DNA of 63,770 nucleotides, taken from assembly GCF_001194135.2 (NCBI RefSeq), contig NC_068984.1:141290202-141353971 (forward strand). Reading direction: 5' to 3'. The notes under the pieces are model-generated. The model had not been told where the DNA came from and ran no database searches. It saw only the letters and a program-made list of their open reading frames with translations. Every line of letters begins with the position of its first letter. The first letter of the stretch is position 1. The position numbers and the translations under genes were made by a program. Shown here one piece after another: positions 51,052-62,885 of this stretch. This DNA is from Octopus bimaculoides. Taxonomy: Eukaryota.

Positions 51052-51990
51052 TGCCCTAAGGAAGGTCAGATAACCGAATGGGAAGAAAAGGTTATTGAAA
51101 GGAAGGTGGGTTGGGATGAGATCTGAAAGTGGAATACATCACGGTTGAGTGTCCTGCTTTAAGCAGCCTTTGATGTACTGCTGTCCCTATGCAATTTGCT
51201 GAGATAGAAAATGGCGAATGACAACAAATGTAGTTGCAGAAAAGTTGGCATGCTAAAACACATACCATGTAACTGCTCAATGGCATTGGGAAGGCATACA
51301 TGGAGGCACAATGAGGTCCTCTGCAGTTTCTGTAGTCAGGTGGAAGCAATTAGCGGTAGCAAGAAACCACAGAAGGATAGCAGTAAATGGTTTGTCATGT
51401 TTGTCCGTCGAGGTCCAAATGGTTATGTGAATGAGAAGAAACTGTGAATGATGAGAAATGGGAAGTATAGAAATGGGAAGAAGCAGCAGATGTTGTAGAG
51501 TATGATTGCCTCTTTCCAATAGCAACAAGGAAGAAGCTGGATAGGACAATATGGTGTGAGGAGCCTTACTGTTTTGCATGAAGACTATTTAGATGCAGCC
51601 TATCTAAATATTACGAGGCACTACTGCAAGATTTAGATTTGGTTGGAGTAGAGTAGACTTTCTTGTAGAAGTTGGATGGAGGGGTTTCATTGGGACAAGA
51701 CTGAGACGGTGGCTGCTATCAATTGGTGTGTCCAGCACTGACAAGCAAATGCCATCTTGAAGGAGATCCAGGTGACAGCTGAGAGGGCCAGCCATTGGAT
51801 ATAGCTATGAAAGAATGACATAACCTGGCTGGAGAGGTGATGATCCCGAAATGGACTTGAGGTTGGATACTAGTTAGTTGAAACAGGTGGGGTCTTACAT
51901 CGGTGAGTGGGGGCCTGTTTGCTGTAAAGCTGTTGAGAAAAAGGTCCTGAAATAGTGCGCATTCTCTCCTGATGACCCCTGTAACTTTCT
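51052..51990 (+). mobile_element. Decayed HERO-like (R2 group, restriction-like endonuclease) non-LTR retrotransposon, 3' part
   Basis: One frame from 51052: EGQITEWEEKVIERKVGWDEI*KWNTSRLSVLL*AAFDVL...CSCRKVGMLKHIPCNCSMALGRHTWRHNEVL (CCHC knuckle and RHN). After frameshifts: ELTVLHEDYLDAAY..KY, GWSRVDFLVEVGWRGFIGTRLRRWLLSIG, EIQVTAERASHWI. Confidence 0.8.
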
Positions 51991-54849
51991 GGCATCTGGT
52001 ATGCAGAATTTCCGACTGACTGCACTTGCACTACTAAGCTGTTTCCGGGTCTCTCATGGTGTCTGTCTGACTATTGCTTTTCTTTTCTTTGTTTTGTTTG
52101 TATTTTCTTACCTGTTTTTAAAGATTCTAGGAGATTTTTCTAGGAGATTTCCTTCCGTTTCACTTCCAATTCTACAGCCTTTCTCCTCTTCCGTCCATAC
52201 CACCTCTCACACTTTGCAACTACTTTTGGCATGCCTGATGCATCCAAGACAACAGATGATTGATCCCAATTATCAACAACAGCAACAACAACAAAACTTG
52301 GAATCCCTGAACAATCAGCACTTTTACTTTTGTGGTTGCAGTTCTTGTCATTTATTCCAATTATTTTTTTTATTCTGCCATCACTTGATGAAAAGATCAA
52401 TAACCTGAGGGGCGGGGAGAGGGTTCTCACATGGCTACGTCTATCAGTGTTAATCATGTTGGTGTCGGACAGTGAGGGTGGTGGGGACGAAGGCAGTGGA
52501 TGGCAGAAGTATCAGGAAAAAAAAAATCCCTTTGTATTTTGTTACATTTCCTCCTTAACATTGTGAGCTTGAATCCCAGGAATATTGACATGGTCAGAAT
52601 GAAGTGAGTTGATAAAAGAATTACAAGTTGGGTATTGTCACCACTTCAATTAATATCTTGTGCTTGACATATTGTCATCAAAGGCAGACACAAAGAGTAG
52701 GAGGGTGACGGCTACCTTGTATTCAGTTGCAATCATTTACCCTGTGCTCCAGTCTTGGCTTTCGTTCTCGCTTCTCTTGATAAATTGAGGAGGAAGTCAA
52801 GTAGTTGATTTCAATGACAGTCCCCTTCTGCATAATCTCCTGTTGTTGTTATTGTTAATTAATTATCCTGGCCTGACTTTGCAGTGTATGGATAAGTGGA
52901 GGATTAACAGAGGATTAGGTTAATATAAGCGTTTGAGAATTCAAATGGCAGAATAAAATGCGGTTAACAGTGGGCAGCATCTGATCATTTAGGGATTTTA
53001 ATGTCGACAGCATTGTCGGTATGGTTTGGAGGAGGAGTGGGGGTGTTAGTGATGGACATATAGTCTATTACAAGGGGGTGGGAGTGGCGCGTAGGTATTT
53101 GATAAATTTTCTCAACAGCCAGAAAGAAGTTTATGGAGTGCATCTGATGAGGTGGAAACAGAAGTGTGTTTTTAATGAAGCTGAATTTGTTCAATTATCT
53201 GGGGATATGATTTAATTAACATCATCACTCTACTAGCTTAGGAGGTGTGTTTCTTTTTTACTTGTATTTAAATTGGTATCTTATTTTACTTCTTTCTTGA
53301 GACAGTTGTTACCTTGTTCCACACACTTCATTGTTTTAAATCTTTCTGGGATTACAAAACATGTGCCTGTCAGTCAAAAAGTGGGGGTTGATCCAGTTAA
53401 GCTGTGGCCAGGTGCCAGACTAAACAGAACAGGAGGAGACACATGGATGGAGAGTCAGTGAAGAGGTCACAGGATGTGTGAAAAGATTTAGGATAAAGGA
53501 CACTAAAATAAAAATAATATTATTAATAATAAATCTGAAGTGAAGACCAAGTATATAGTGTGTGTGGTCAATTGGCAATAAAAGAAGGAAAACAAAAAGA
53601 TATGACCATCCTCAAATATGTAAATAAATAAATTTCAGTTTTGAGAGAGAAGTAACATGTTATTAATATTTCTATTGAATGCATGTGGTTCCTTGCCACA
53701 AGCAGGATGTGGTCGCAATTACATGTTTATGGAGATGGAAATTCTGAGAAATTTACCAAAAGTCAGATCAGCAAGAATATTAAAGAAATAAAGATAATGT
53801 GATATGGACGACAGCAAATTTGTATTTCCTGATTTGGTTTATTTTCAAATAAACTTTTATGTTTCTGTCTCGCTCTTACATTCAGCTGCACTGTGTGTGT
53901 GTGTATGTGTGTTTTGAATATAATTAAAATGTACAGGCTTCTTCAGCTGATAACATTACATTAAAATGATAATTTTGGACAGTCCTTGAAACAACCGAAT
54001 AAAACATGGGCAACTCATTTGAATGACAAACATCAAGCTATAGGGCTTTTATCATCTCGTAGTAGCTTTGTGAAAGTTATATATTTCATAGTTCCTGAGA
54101 ATCCAGTCAGTAAAACCCTTTAGCATTTAAACCGGCCATATCCAGCCAGTGTATTCTACTTGTTTTATGTTAAAACTGGCCTGATCCAGCTTCTTGCACC
54201 TACCCTACTATGTCATTCTGAAAATAAACAAATCACATTATCATAATCTCGAAGCTGAGAGACAATATATGATCATTTATAAACATTGTGAATAAAAATG
54301 CATTACACTTGAGTGCTCTGAGTAATAATAATAATAATAATAATAATAAAGGATTAATAAAGCTAATTGCAAAGTAGATTGGTTGTTGTTGAGAGTACAA
54401 TGAATATCTCTGATGTTGTGGTCTATCATTTATGGAACCTGATGCTGTTGGAAGTGAGTGGATGAAGAATATATCAGATGTTTATTTAGTTCATGGTATG
54501 GCTGTCAGACACTATTAAGATTAAGCACCATTTCGCATTCCACTCTCACTTTGAAAGTGCACGAGTTTCATCAAATCAAAATTAATGAGCATTGCCATAT
54601 AAATATATTAATTGGTCACTTACATGCAAATATTTCCCCCCTCCTCCCTCTCTCATGTTGGCTAGGTGCCCAATTACTTTTTTAAAGGAAGGTGATTATC
54701 TTCATCAAATTTTTTTTTTTTTTTGTGTGCTTTTTTCGTACTGGCATGGGTTGGATGAGATCAAGCAATTTGTACGACAGAGTTAGAGGCAGTTTCAGCC
54801 AGGTTGGTATCGAAAGGGTTAAGAATTGTTTCTCTATTATATATTTTAA

Positions 54850-55066
54850 CCCTTTTGTTACCATATTTTGAAATGCTCTGTATTTCTTTCAATTAATTTT
54901 AAATATAACAAAGAATTTAGTAAAATAACTTCGTTATCATTCAGCTAGTGTTAGGAACTTAAATTGTGACTAAGGTTTGGTGGAAGATTTTAATTCTAAA
55001 CTTATGAAAACAAGACATTTGTACTCAGAACCAGAACCGGTTTCAGCCAGGTTGGTATTGAAAGGG
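54850..55066. mobile_element. piggyBac-type MITE
   Basis: TTAA at 54846-49 and 55067-70; TIRs CCCTTTTGTTACCA / TGGTATTGAAAGGG. Confidence 0.85.
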
Positions 55067-56529
55067 TTAAGAATGGTTTTCTGAGCTGATTGGGAAATGC
55101 TTATTTCTTAAGGATAAGCTTTTAACAAAATTACATTTAAGGATAAAGGAGATGTGAAGCAGGTAATTCTGTGGCCCTTCTTTTTTACTGTTGGATGTCA
55201 AGGGATTAGGTGCACAGGTGCTTGATTATAGTATAGTGAATCATGTTGTAGAGTTATTAAGGTTTTGGAAACTATGGGTGGGTGACGAGAACTTACACTA
55301 ATATATGTAAATTTTCTTCATTAGGCTTACCGTATTTGTCTGTGGTTAGGATAGGAAGACTATTCATAATCTTAGTAATTTTGCTGTCGTTAATGTTACT
55401 AGTGTATCTTGTCTTAAATATCTGTGCAGTTAGGTTAGGTAGGGATAATGGAATGGTGGTGGTGGGGGGGTTACCCAAGGGAGGCAACTGGAAGTTGGGA
55501 GTGTGGGAGAAAGGTTATATATGGCTTACTTTGTTCTTTACAGTTATGATGATGCTGATGTTGATAACAATGGTTGCGATGCCACAGAAGTATGGTAGTG
55601 ATGCTGGCAATGGTTGTGCTCTATGATGATAACGCATATAATGATGCCGATTATGATGATAATGATGGTGATTATGATGATGAAGTGGTTGTGGTGATGA
55701 TAAGGCTGTGACAGTGGTTGTGTTAATGGCTAGTGAGGCGACAAATGCTTTGATAATACCAATATCAATAATATTAATGAGATGAGGATGATGGTTTTGC
55801 TGTGGTTGGTGATGACGGTGATGATGGTTATAATGATGCAGATGGTAATTTGAAAGTGTTTTGTCGAAACTGCTGGAATCATTTATTTATTCATATGTTT
55901 TAACATTCTGCTTATTATCATCAGCTGACAATAATTATCTTGGGGCACACTAATTACTGTTTCATATCAAAACTCCTATTCCACCCCCACCCCCATCTCT
56001 CTTACATGTATTTGTGTGTGTATGTGTGAGAAATTGCCCATGTATTGCTACATGTGAGTGTGATTTTGCACATTTGTGGGTATATTGAGAGAGAAACTAT
56101 GCATATTTAGGCATATATAAGCACAGGCATGGTTGTGTGGTAAGAAGCTTGCTTCTCAACCACATGCTTCCAAGTTCAGTCCCACTGCATGGCACCGTGG
56201 GTAAGTGTCTTATACTATAGCTTCAGGCCGACCAAAGCCTTTCCAGTGGATTCAGTAGAGAGAAACTGAAAGAAGCCCATTGGGTGTGTACACACACACA
56301 CACACACACACTCTCTCTCTCTCTCTCCTATTGAAGCTCTTTTAACTTGTCTTGGATGATGGGATATCATTTCCCTGAAACAGCTGTAAGACCACTTTTC
56401 TATTCATAAATGTCCTAGAAATATCACATTGTCTGGACATTGATTTCTTATTTAACNNNNNNNNNNNNNNNNNNNNNNNNNNNNNNNNNNNNNNNNNNNN
56501 NCACACACACACGTGCCCCCTGACTGTGG

Positions 56530-56885
56530 TTAGTGCCTCCTGACTGACTCCCGTGCCGATGACACGTAAAAAGCATTATCCAAACGTGATAGATGCCAGA
56601 ACTGCCAGACTAGTTCCTGTGCCGGTGGCATATAAAAAGCACCATCCAAATGTGGCCGATGCCAGTGTCCCCTGACTAGCTCCCGTGTCGGTGGCACATA
56701 AAAAAGCACTGTCTGAATGTGATTGATGCCAGGGCTGCCTGACTGGCTCCTGTACCAGTGGCACGTAAAAAGCACCCACTACACTCTCGGAGTGATTGGG
56801 ATTATGAAAGGCATTCAACTGTAGAAACATTGCCAGATCAGTTTGGAGACTGGTGCAGCCAACTGGCTTGTCAGTCTTCAGTCAA
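56530..56885 (+). mobile_element. RTE 3' UTR copy with 4 modules of about 66 bp, truncated by a SINE
   Basis: taaaaagca anchors at about 56567, 56633, 56699 and 56766, followed by the UTR core. Confidence 0.85.
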
Positions 56886-56889
56886 ACCT

Positions 56890-57205
56890 TGGGCATGTGT
56901 CTTCAGCTATAACCTCGGGCCGACCAAAGCCTTGTGAGTGGATTTGGTAGATGGAAACTGAAAGAAGCCCAACGTATATATGTATGTGTGTGTGTGTATA
57001 TGTTTGTGTCTGTGTTTGTTCCCCCAACATCGCTTGACAACCAATATTGGTGTGTTCACGTTCCTGTAACTTAGCGGTTCAGCAAAAAGAGACTGATAGA
57101 ATAAGTACTAGGCTTACAAAGAATAAGTCCTGGGGTCGATTTGCTCGACTAAAGGCGGTGCCCCAGCATGGCCGCAGCCAAATGACTGAAACAAGTAAAA
57201 GAGAA
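56890..57205 (+). mobile_element. SINE family A (5'-clipped) inserted into an RTE UTR
   Basis: Body, internal (TA)/(TG) tract and standard tail. Confidence 0.85.
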
Positions 57206-57582
57206 AGAGAGAAAGATATATGGGAGTGCTTGGAGTTGTGGTTGTTAGTGTATGCATTGAAAGGTAGTGAACATATTAGAGAGAAAGAGACAGACAGACA
57301 GAAACTGTGTGAAATGAGGTGAGAAGATTATCTTTGCCTTCACAGTTTTGTGTCAGAAGTATTGGTTGTATAACAATGGATTTTCTAAAGATTTTAAACA
57401 GCAACGAATATAATGCCGTTAGTATAGTGCATTCACTGCAGCAGTCGTAGTGCAGTCGATATACAATGCAGTTTTATCACAGCAGATACTGTGCAGTTAG
57501 CGTAGCGTATATGTGGAGTGTAGTCAATGCAGTTAGCGTAGAAGACAATGCATTTAGCGTCATGTGCGTTTGTGGGTGTGTG

Positions 57583-57619
<37 letters not shown>

Positions 57620-57764
57620 TGGAGAATTATAATTGTTACTAAATGTGACTAGGGTGTTGAAAAAACACCTACATTGCTAGGTGTTTTTTAGCACCCTAGT
57701 CGTAGGGACAATTATGATTCTCCCTTTCGGTCAAACATTGCCACCTGCTGTTTATATTAATTTT

Positions 57765-58101
57765 ATGTATGTATGTATGATTGTATGTATGTATATGTTT
57801 GTATGTATGTGTATGCATATATATATGTATATGTATGTGTATGCATATATATATGTATATGTATGTATGCATATATGTATGTATGCATATACATATATGT
57901 ATGTATGCATATACATATATGTATGTATGCATATATATATATGTATGCATGCATATATGTTGTATGTATGCATATATATGTATGTATGCATATATATATA
58001 TAAGTATGTATGCATGCATATATGTATGTATGTCTATATATGTGTATGTATGTATGTATATGTATGTATATCTGTATGTATATATGTATGTGTGTGTGTG
58101 C

Positions 58102-58161
<60 letters not shown>
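57765..58161. repeat. Compound (ATGT)/(AT)n microsatellite; similar blocks at 28145-28265, 33570-33790, 62245-62555
   Basis: Direct inspection. Confidence 0.95.
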
Positions 58162-58164
<3 letters not shown>

Positions 58165-58545
58165 TGTAGTGTAAAAACTACAATGCAGTAGGATCTAGTG
58201 ACGTCGAATCAGAGACTATCCTCTACCAACCTGGAACACTTCATTGGGAGGGAATGGTAATGATGGAAGCTATGTCATTGTTGATGATGTTGATGATAGT
58301 AGTGATGGTGGTGGTGGTGATGACATAGCAGTAGTAATGGTAATGGTGCTGATAGTAGCAGAGGTAATTTTTGTTTTTTAAAGACAGTTGGTTATAATTT
58401 GAGTGTAACTTGCCTGCTATTTTCACCCACTCAACCATGTTTTTATTATAGATGTGATAGATTTTCTTGAATAGATCACAGGTTCTAATCCAATCAATGA
58501 ACAGCATGCTAACGATTCTGCCAGCTCACTGCCTTACACATATAT

Positions 58546-58592
<47 letters not shown>

Positions 58593-58593
<1 letters not shown>

Positions 58594-58820
58594 CATCATC
58601 ATCGTCATTTAATGTCTGTTTTCTGTGCTGGCATGGGTTGGATGGTTCAACAGGAGCTGGTAAGGCTGGAGACCACCCCAGGCCCCATTGTCTGTTCTGG
58701 CATGGTTTCTGCAACAGGGTACCCTTCCTAATGCCAACCACCCTAGAGTGTACCAGGTGCTTTTGAAGTGGCACTGACACCACTGCTTCTTACACAGCAC
58801 CACCACTCGTGCTTTTAACG
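58593..58820 (-). mobile_element. Diverged RTE 3' UTR copy; a related copy lies at about 48240-48430
   Basis: catcatcgtcatttaatgtctgttttctgtgctggcatgggttggatgg...ccttcctaatgccaaccacc. Confidence 0.75.
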
Positions 58821-59799
58821 TGATACACATACACAAACACCTATTTACAACATAAAAGTTTGAAGGATGTATACCCCCTCCCGCCTCTCACTTCACACAC
58901 ATGTACGTTTATAAATACTACATTGAAATTTAGAAGCAAGACTTCCTCATTAGGGAGTTTCTATTTCTTTTAAGAATTTCTTTTATTTAGTTTTCTTCTC
59001 CAAATCTTTCCCTTTATCCAGTAACAAGTGTATTGGTACTGGCAGACTGACAACTTGTCTAAAATATGCTTTCATAGAAAGCAATCTATTTATCTTTCTC
59101 AAAGACGACTAAATTAATCTTCTCAACATCACACTTATTTTTCTCTCAACTATTTTTAGGTTATGTCCCCAGAAGATGGTGTATATTTTTGCTGCAGTGC
59201 AGCTTGTCCCTTTAGGGTCCTTATTTATTTGTTTGTTTGTTTGTTTATTTTTGTCTTGTTTAATTTTTTTTGTTAGAACTGAAGCAAGGCTCCAGTTTCT
59301 GAATTGTTTACTGCCTTAGAATTCTATTTTGTGAGTGAAGAATTAATGGTGAAAAAATTCTTCAGAAATATCAATGGCACTGAGATTTATTTTAAAGAAA
59401 TATTTGATGTCTAGAAGGACAGTCAGCTGTAAAACCACCACCACTCCACTGGAATTAGACATGCTTTTTCATTTAAAATGGTTTGTACTCAAATCATAAC
59501 CTGAGAGCATAGTTTTCTGGTAAGGTGCCAAAGTTGGCCTGACAACTCTAAAGTTTACCTTTATGAATGGAAAGGTAAGCTAATGCCAGACCAGAGAGAA
59601 TGACATATATGTTCACATGGGCACAGAAGTGGCTGTGTGGTAAGAAGTTTGCTTTTCAACCACATGGTTCTGGGTTCAGTCCCATTGCATGGCACCTTGG
59701 GCAAGTGTCTTCTACTATAGCCTGATGCCGACCAAAGCCTTGTGAGTGGATTTGGCGGACAGAAACTGAAAGAAGCCGATATATATACATACATATATA

Positions 59800-59990
59800 G
59801 TGAGAATTTACAAAAAAACAACAAAAGATGAAGACAGGTGTGTAAACAACAAACAGATGCATTAGTTTAATGCTCGGGAAGTGAAAATCTTTTACGTTTC
59901 GACCCTACGCTCTTCAACAGAAAGGAACACAGAAATAAACAGGGAGAGAAAATAAAAAAAAGGTTTAGTGGATAGTGATCTATCATGGTC
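59800..59990 (-). mobile_element. Penelope-like (PLE) terminal repeat carrying a hammerhead motif
   Basis: Homologous to 30213-30330 on the opposite strand; contains a minimal hammerhead; nested in the internal microsatellite of a SINE. Confidence 0.7.
59888..59924 (-). ncRNA. Minimal type I hammerhead ribozyme-like motif
   Basis: The minus strand reads CUUU-CUGUUGA-A-GAGC-GUAG-GGUC-GAAA-CG-UA-AAAG: stem I CUUU/AAAG, stem II GAGC/GGUC with one G.G mismatch, palindromic ACGU stem III, UA cleavage site. Confidence 0.6.
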
Positions 59991-60198
59991 TAAATATAAT
60001 GTGTGTATGTATTTGTGTGTTTGTGTTTGTCCACCCACCATCGCTTGGCAACCGATGTTTGTGTGTTTACATCCCCGTAACTTAGTGGTTCAGCAAAAGA
60101 GACCGATAGAATAAGTCCTAGGGTCAGTTTGTTCGACTAAAGGCAGAGCTCCAGCATAGCCACAGTCAAATGACTGAAACAAGTGAAAGAAGAAAAGA

Positions 60199-60231
<33 letters not shown>

Positions 60232-60234
<3 letters not shown>

Positions 60235-60470
60235 CCTAGTGGTTAGTCTGTTGAACTCATGATCACTAGATTGCGTGTTTGATTCCCAGACTGGGCGGCA
60301 CATTGTGTTCTTGAGCTAAACACTTCATTTCATGTTGCTCTGGTCCCCCTTTGATCAGAGGAAATGTTGACCTACACTCACCTAGCCAGTGGAGTGGCGT
60401 CATTGGAAAGCTAAAGCAATGTAAAGGGCATTGTGACCAACGATGTGTAACAGCATCTGATAGTCTGGTT
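60232..60470 (+). mobile_element. tRNA-headed SINE with a head like 7435 but a different tail
   Basis: cctagtggttag...gtttgattcccagactgggcggcacattgtgttcttgagc. Confidence 0.75.
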
Positions 60471-60908
60471 GGTTTCAAGATATATCTCTCTCGGTTTGCA
60501 AATCCAGTGGAGGTCTCAAAAGACATGTTAAGATCCACAAAGAGCAGAACTTACTTGCACTAAACTCCTCATCGATCGCTGGTAATCAAATCCCTGTCCC
60601 GCCTCTAGATTTGTGATATCTGATCTGTAATTCAAAGTAAACAAATTATTCTGATAGATTATCCACAACCCTGCCCGTTCCCCATTACTCACAATAATAG
60701 GCTCGTCTGATTTGTGTGTTTTTCTCTCTGTTGTACAAAGAGACACACTTAAACAATAGACTGAATTAAAAGCTTAATACATTTTAATCAACGCATCTAT
60801 CTATATTGACCATCCATTCATTGGTTTTTTTTTATATATTTGATGCTTTTTGTCATAACAACTGATATTGAATTGTGAAAGTTGTTAGAAATATTTCTAT
60901 ATGTACAC

Positions 60909-61623
60909 CCGTCAGAGTGTAAGTATCTTGAGAGAAAAGCTGAACATTAGAAGCATCAGTTGTGGCGTGCAAGAGAGACGATTGCGCTGGTATGGACATG
61001 TGGTGAGAATGGAGGAGGATAGCTGCGTGAAAAAGTGCCACACCCTAACAGTTGAGGGAACCCGTGGAAGAGGTAGGCCCAGGAAGACCTGGGCTGAGGT
61101 GGTGAGGCAAGACCTTCGTACATTGGGCCTCACCGAGGCGATGACTACGGACCGAGACCTTTGGAAATGGGCTGTGCGTGAGAAGACCCGGCAAGCCAAG
61201 TAAGATCGTTGCCAGTGCCCCTGGACTGGTTCTNNNNNNNNNNNNNNNNNNNNNNNNNNNNNNNNNNNNNNNNNNNNNNNNNNNNNNNNNNNNNNNNNNN
61301 NNNNNNNNNNNNNNNNNNNNNNNNNNNNNNNNNNNNNNNNNNNNNNNNNNNNNNNNNNNNNNNNNNNNNNNNNNNNNNNNNNNNNNNNNNNNNNNNNNNN
61401 NNNNNNNNNNNNNNNNNNNNNNNNNNNNNNNNNNNNNNNNNNNNTAAAAGCACCCACTACACTCTCTGAGTGGTTGGCGTTAGGAAGGGCATCCAGCTGT
61501 AGAAACTCTGCCAAATCAGACTGGAGCCTGGTGTTGCCATCCGGTTTCACCAGTCCTCAGTCAAATCGTCCAACCCATGCTAGCATGGAAAGCGGACGTT
61601 AAACGATGATGATGATGATGATG
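60909..61623 (+). mobile_element. 5'-truncated RTE-clade LINE: ORF C-terminus, 3' UTR and (GAT)n tail
   Basis: ORF relic SVSILREKLNIRSISCGVQERRLRWYGHVVRMEEDSCVKK...GRGRPRKTWAEVVRQDL...DRDLWK with stop at 61201-61203; (GAT)n tail; apparent TSD ATGTACAC at 60901-60908 and 61624-61631. The UTR is partly hidden by the gap at 61234-61444. Confidence 0.92.
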
Positions 61624-61625
61624 AT

Positions 61626-61668
<43 letters not shown>

Positions 61669-62606
61669 AATATCCTCGTCGTCGTCGTCGTCATCATCAT
61701 CATCATCATCACCTGCTTCCCATGATGGCGTGGTTTGGGTAGATTGTTAATGTTGGTCAGCTTTTATTCATAGTTACTGCTTTCCTAGAAATGGGTCAGA
61801 CAACTATGTCTTATATGCTTCAATTTTTGGCATGGTTTGAACGGGTGGAGGCTGTTCTTGACGCCAAGCCCTTTACAAAATAAACCAGGTATATTTTATT
61901 GTAGCACCTGCACTACAGGTGTTATCGTGTCCTCAACAAGACTACAGAATCCTCTTGACCTTATGTTACCTCTGCTTGTTCATTGACCCCTTTATAGAGT
62001 ATATGAGAATGCTGGGTATGCACAGTCCTAGCTAAGTATTTCTTATTCTTGCAGTTGTCTCAGTTGGAAGACAGTATTGCTAGGTCCCTCTGGTCAGCAC
62101 AAAGCAAAACTGCTTCTCGTCTTGATTAATTCTCTTCCTCAATCGCAGTCCTACAATGCTTTCAATAACTTTCATAACCCGATCTACGGCTTGCTTAGCT
62201 GGTCTTCTGTACTGCATCTTCTTTGCCCTTGTAACAACTGACTGTGTGTGTGTGTGTGTGTGTGTGCGTGTGCATACATACATACATGTCTATGTGTGTG
62301 CATATGTATGTGTATGCATATGTGTGTGTGTGCATGCATGTGTGTGCATATGTGCATGTGTACATATGTACATGTATGTGTGTACATATGTACATGTGTG
62401 CACATGTTTGTGTATGTGCATGTGTGTGTGCATATGTATGTGTGTGTTTATGTACGTGTGCGCATGTGCATATGTACGTGTGTGCATATGTACGTGTATG
62501 TGCATTTTTGTGCATATGTACGTGTGTATGTGTGTGCATATGTACATGTGTATGTGATTCATTCATTTTATGTTCCTTTTTTTTTTCTATGCTATTATAA
62601 GTTAGT

Positions 62607-62885
62607 GAAGGTACGTGGCTTAGTGGTTAGGGTATTTGGCTCATGACCATAAGGTTGTGAGTTCGATTCCTGGTGATGCGTTGTGTCCTTAAGCAAGACA
62701 CTTTATTTCACAGTGCTTCAGTTCACTCAGCTGGCACAAATGAGTTATACCTGTATTTCAAAGGGTTATTCTCGTCACATTCTATTAAGGTTAAGCATGT
62801 CTATGGAGTACTCAGCCACTTGCTCATTAATTTCATGATCAGGCTAATCCATTGATCCAACCAACTGGGACCCTCATCATTGTAG
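62607..62885 (+). mobile_element. tRNA-headed SINE with a head like 7435 and a tail like 23853
   Basis: tggcttagtggttagggta...gagttcgattcctgg; tail gagtactcagccacttgc...aactgggaccctcatcat. Confidence 0.8.

Larger units (their letters stand above)
59615..60195 (+). mobile_element. SINE family A split by the PLE repeat
   Basis: Head at 59615-59780 and tail at 60000-60195 flank the PLE piece. Confidence 0.85.

Noticed and set aside
53141-53165. Other CTGATGA hits as hammerheads (also about 14633 on the minus strand, 48298, 33944, 51968)
   Set aside because: None has a pairable stem II and GAAA in the right geometry.
60266-60746. Minus-strand ORFs with a faint resemblance to MINDY deubiquitinases (PII..NG, DLNMSF)
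   Set aside because: Motif spacing is wrong, the catalytic Cys is absent, part of the ORF is SINE sequence, and the opposite strand gives a better zinc-finger reading.
60901-61203. 100-aa ORF as a host gene
   Set aside because: It is an RTE ORF C-terminus, and its ATG lies within the apparent target-site duplication.
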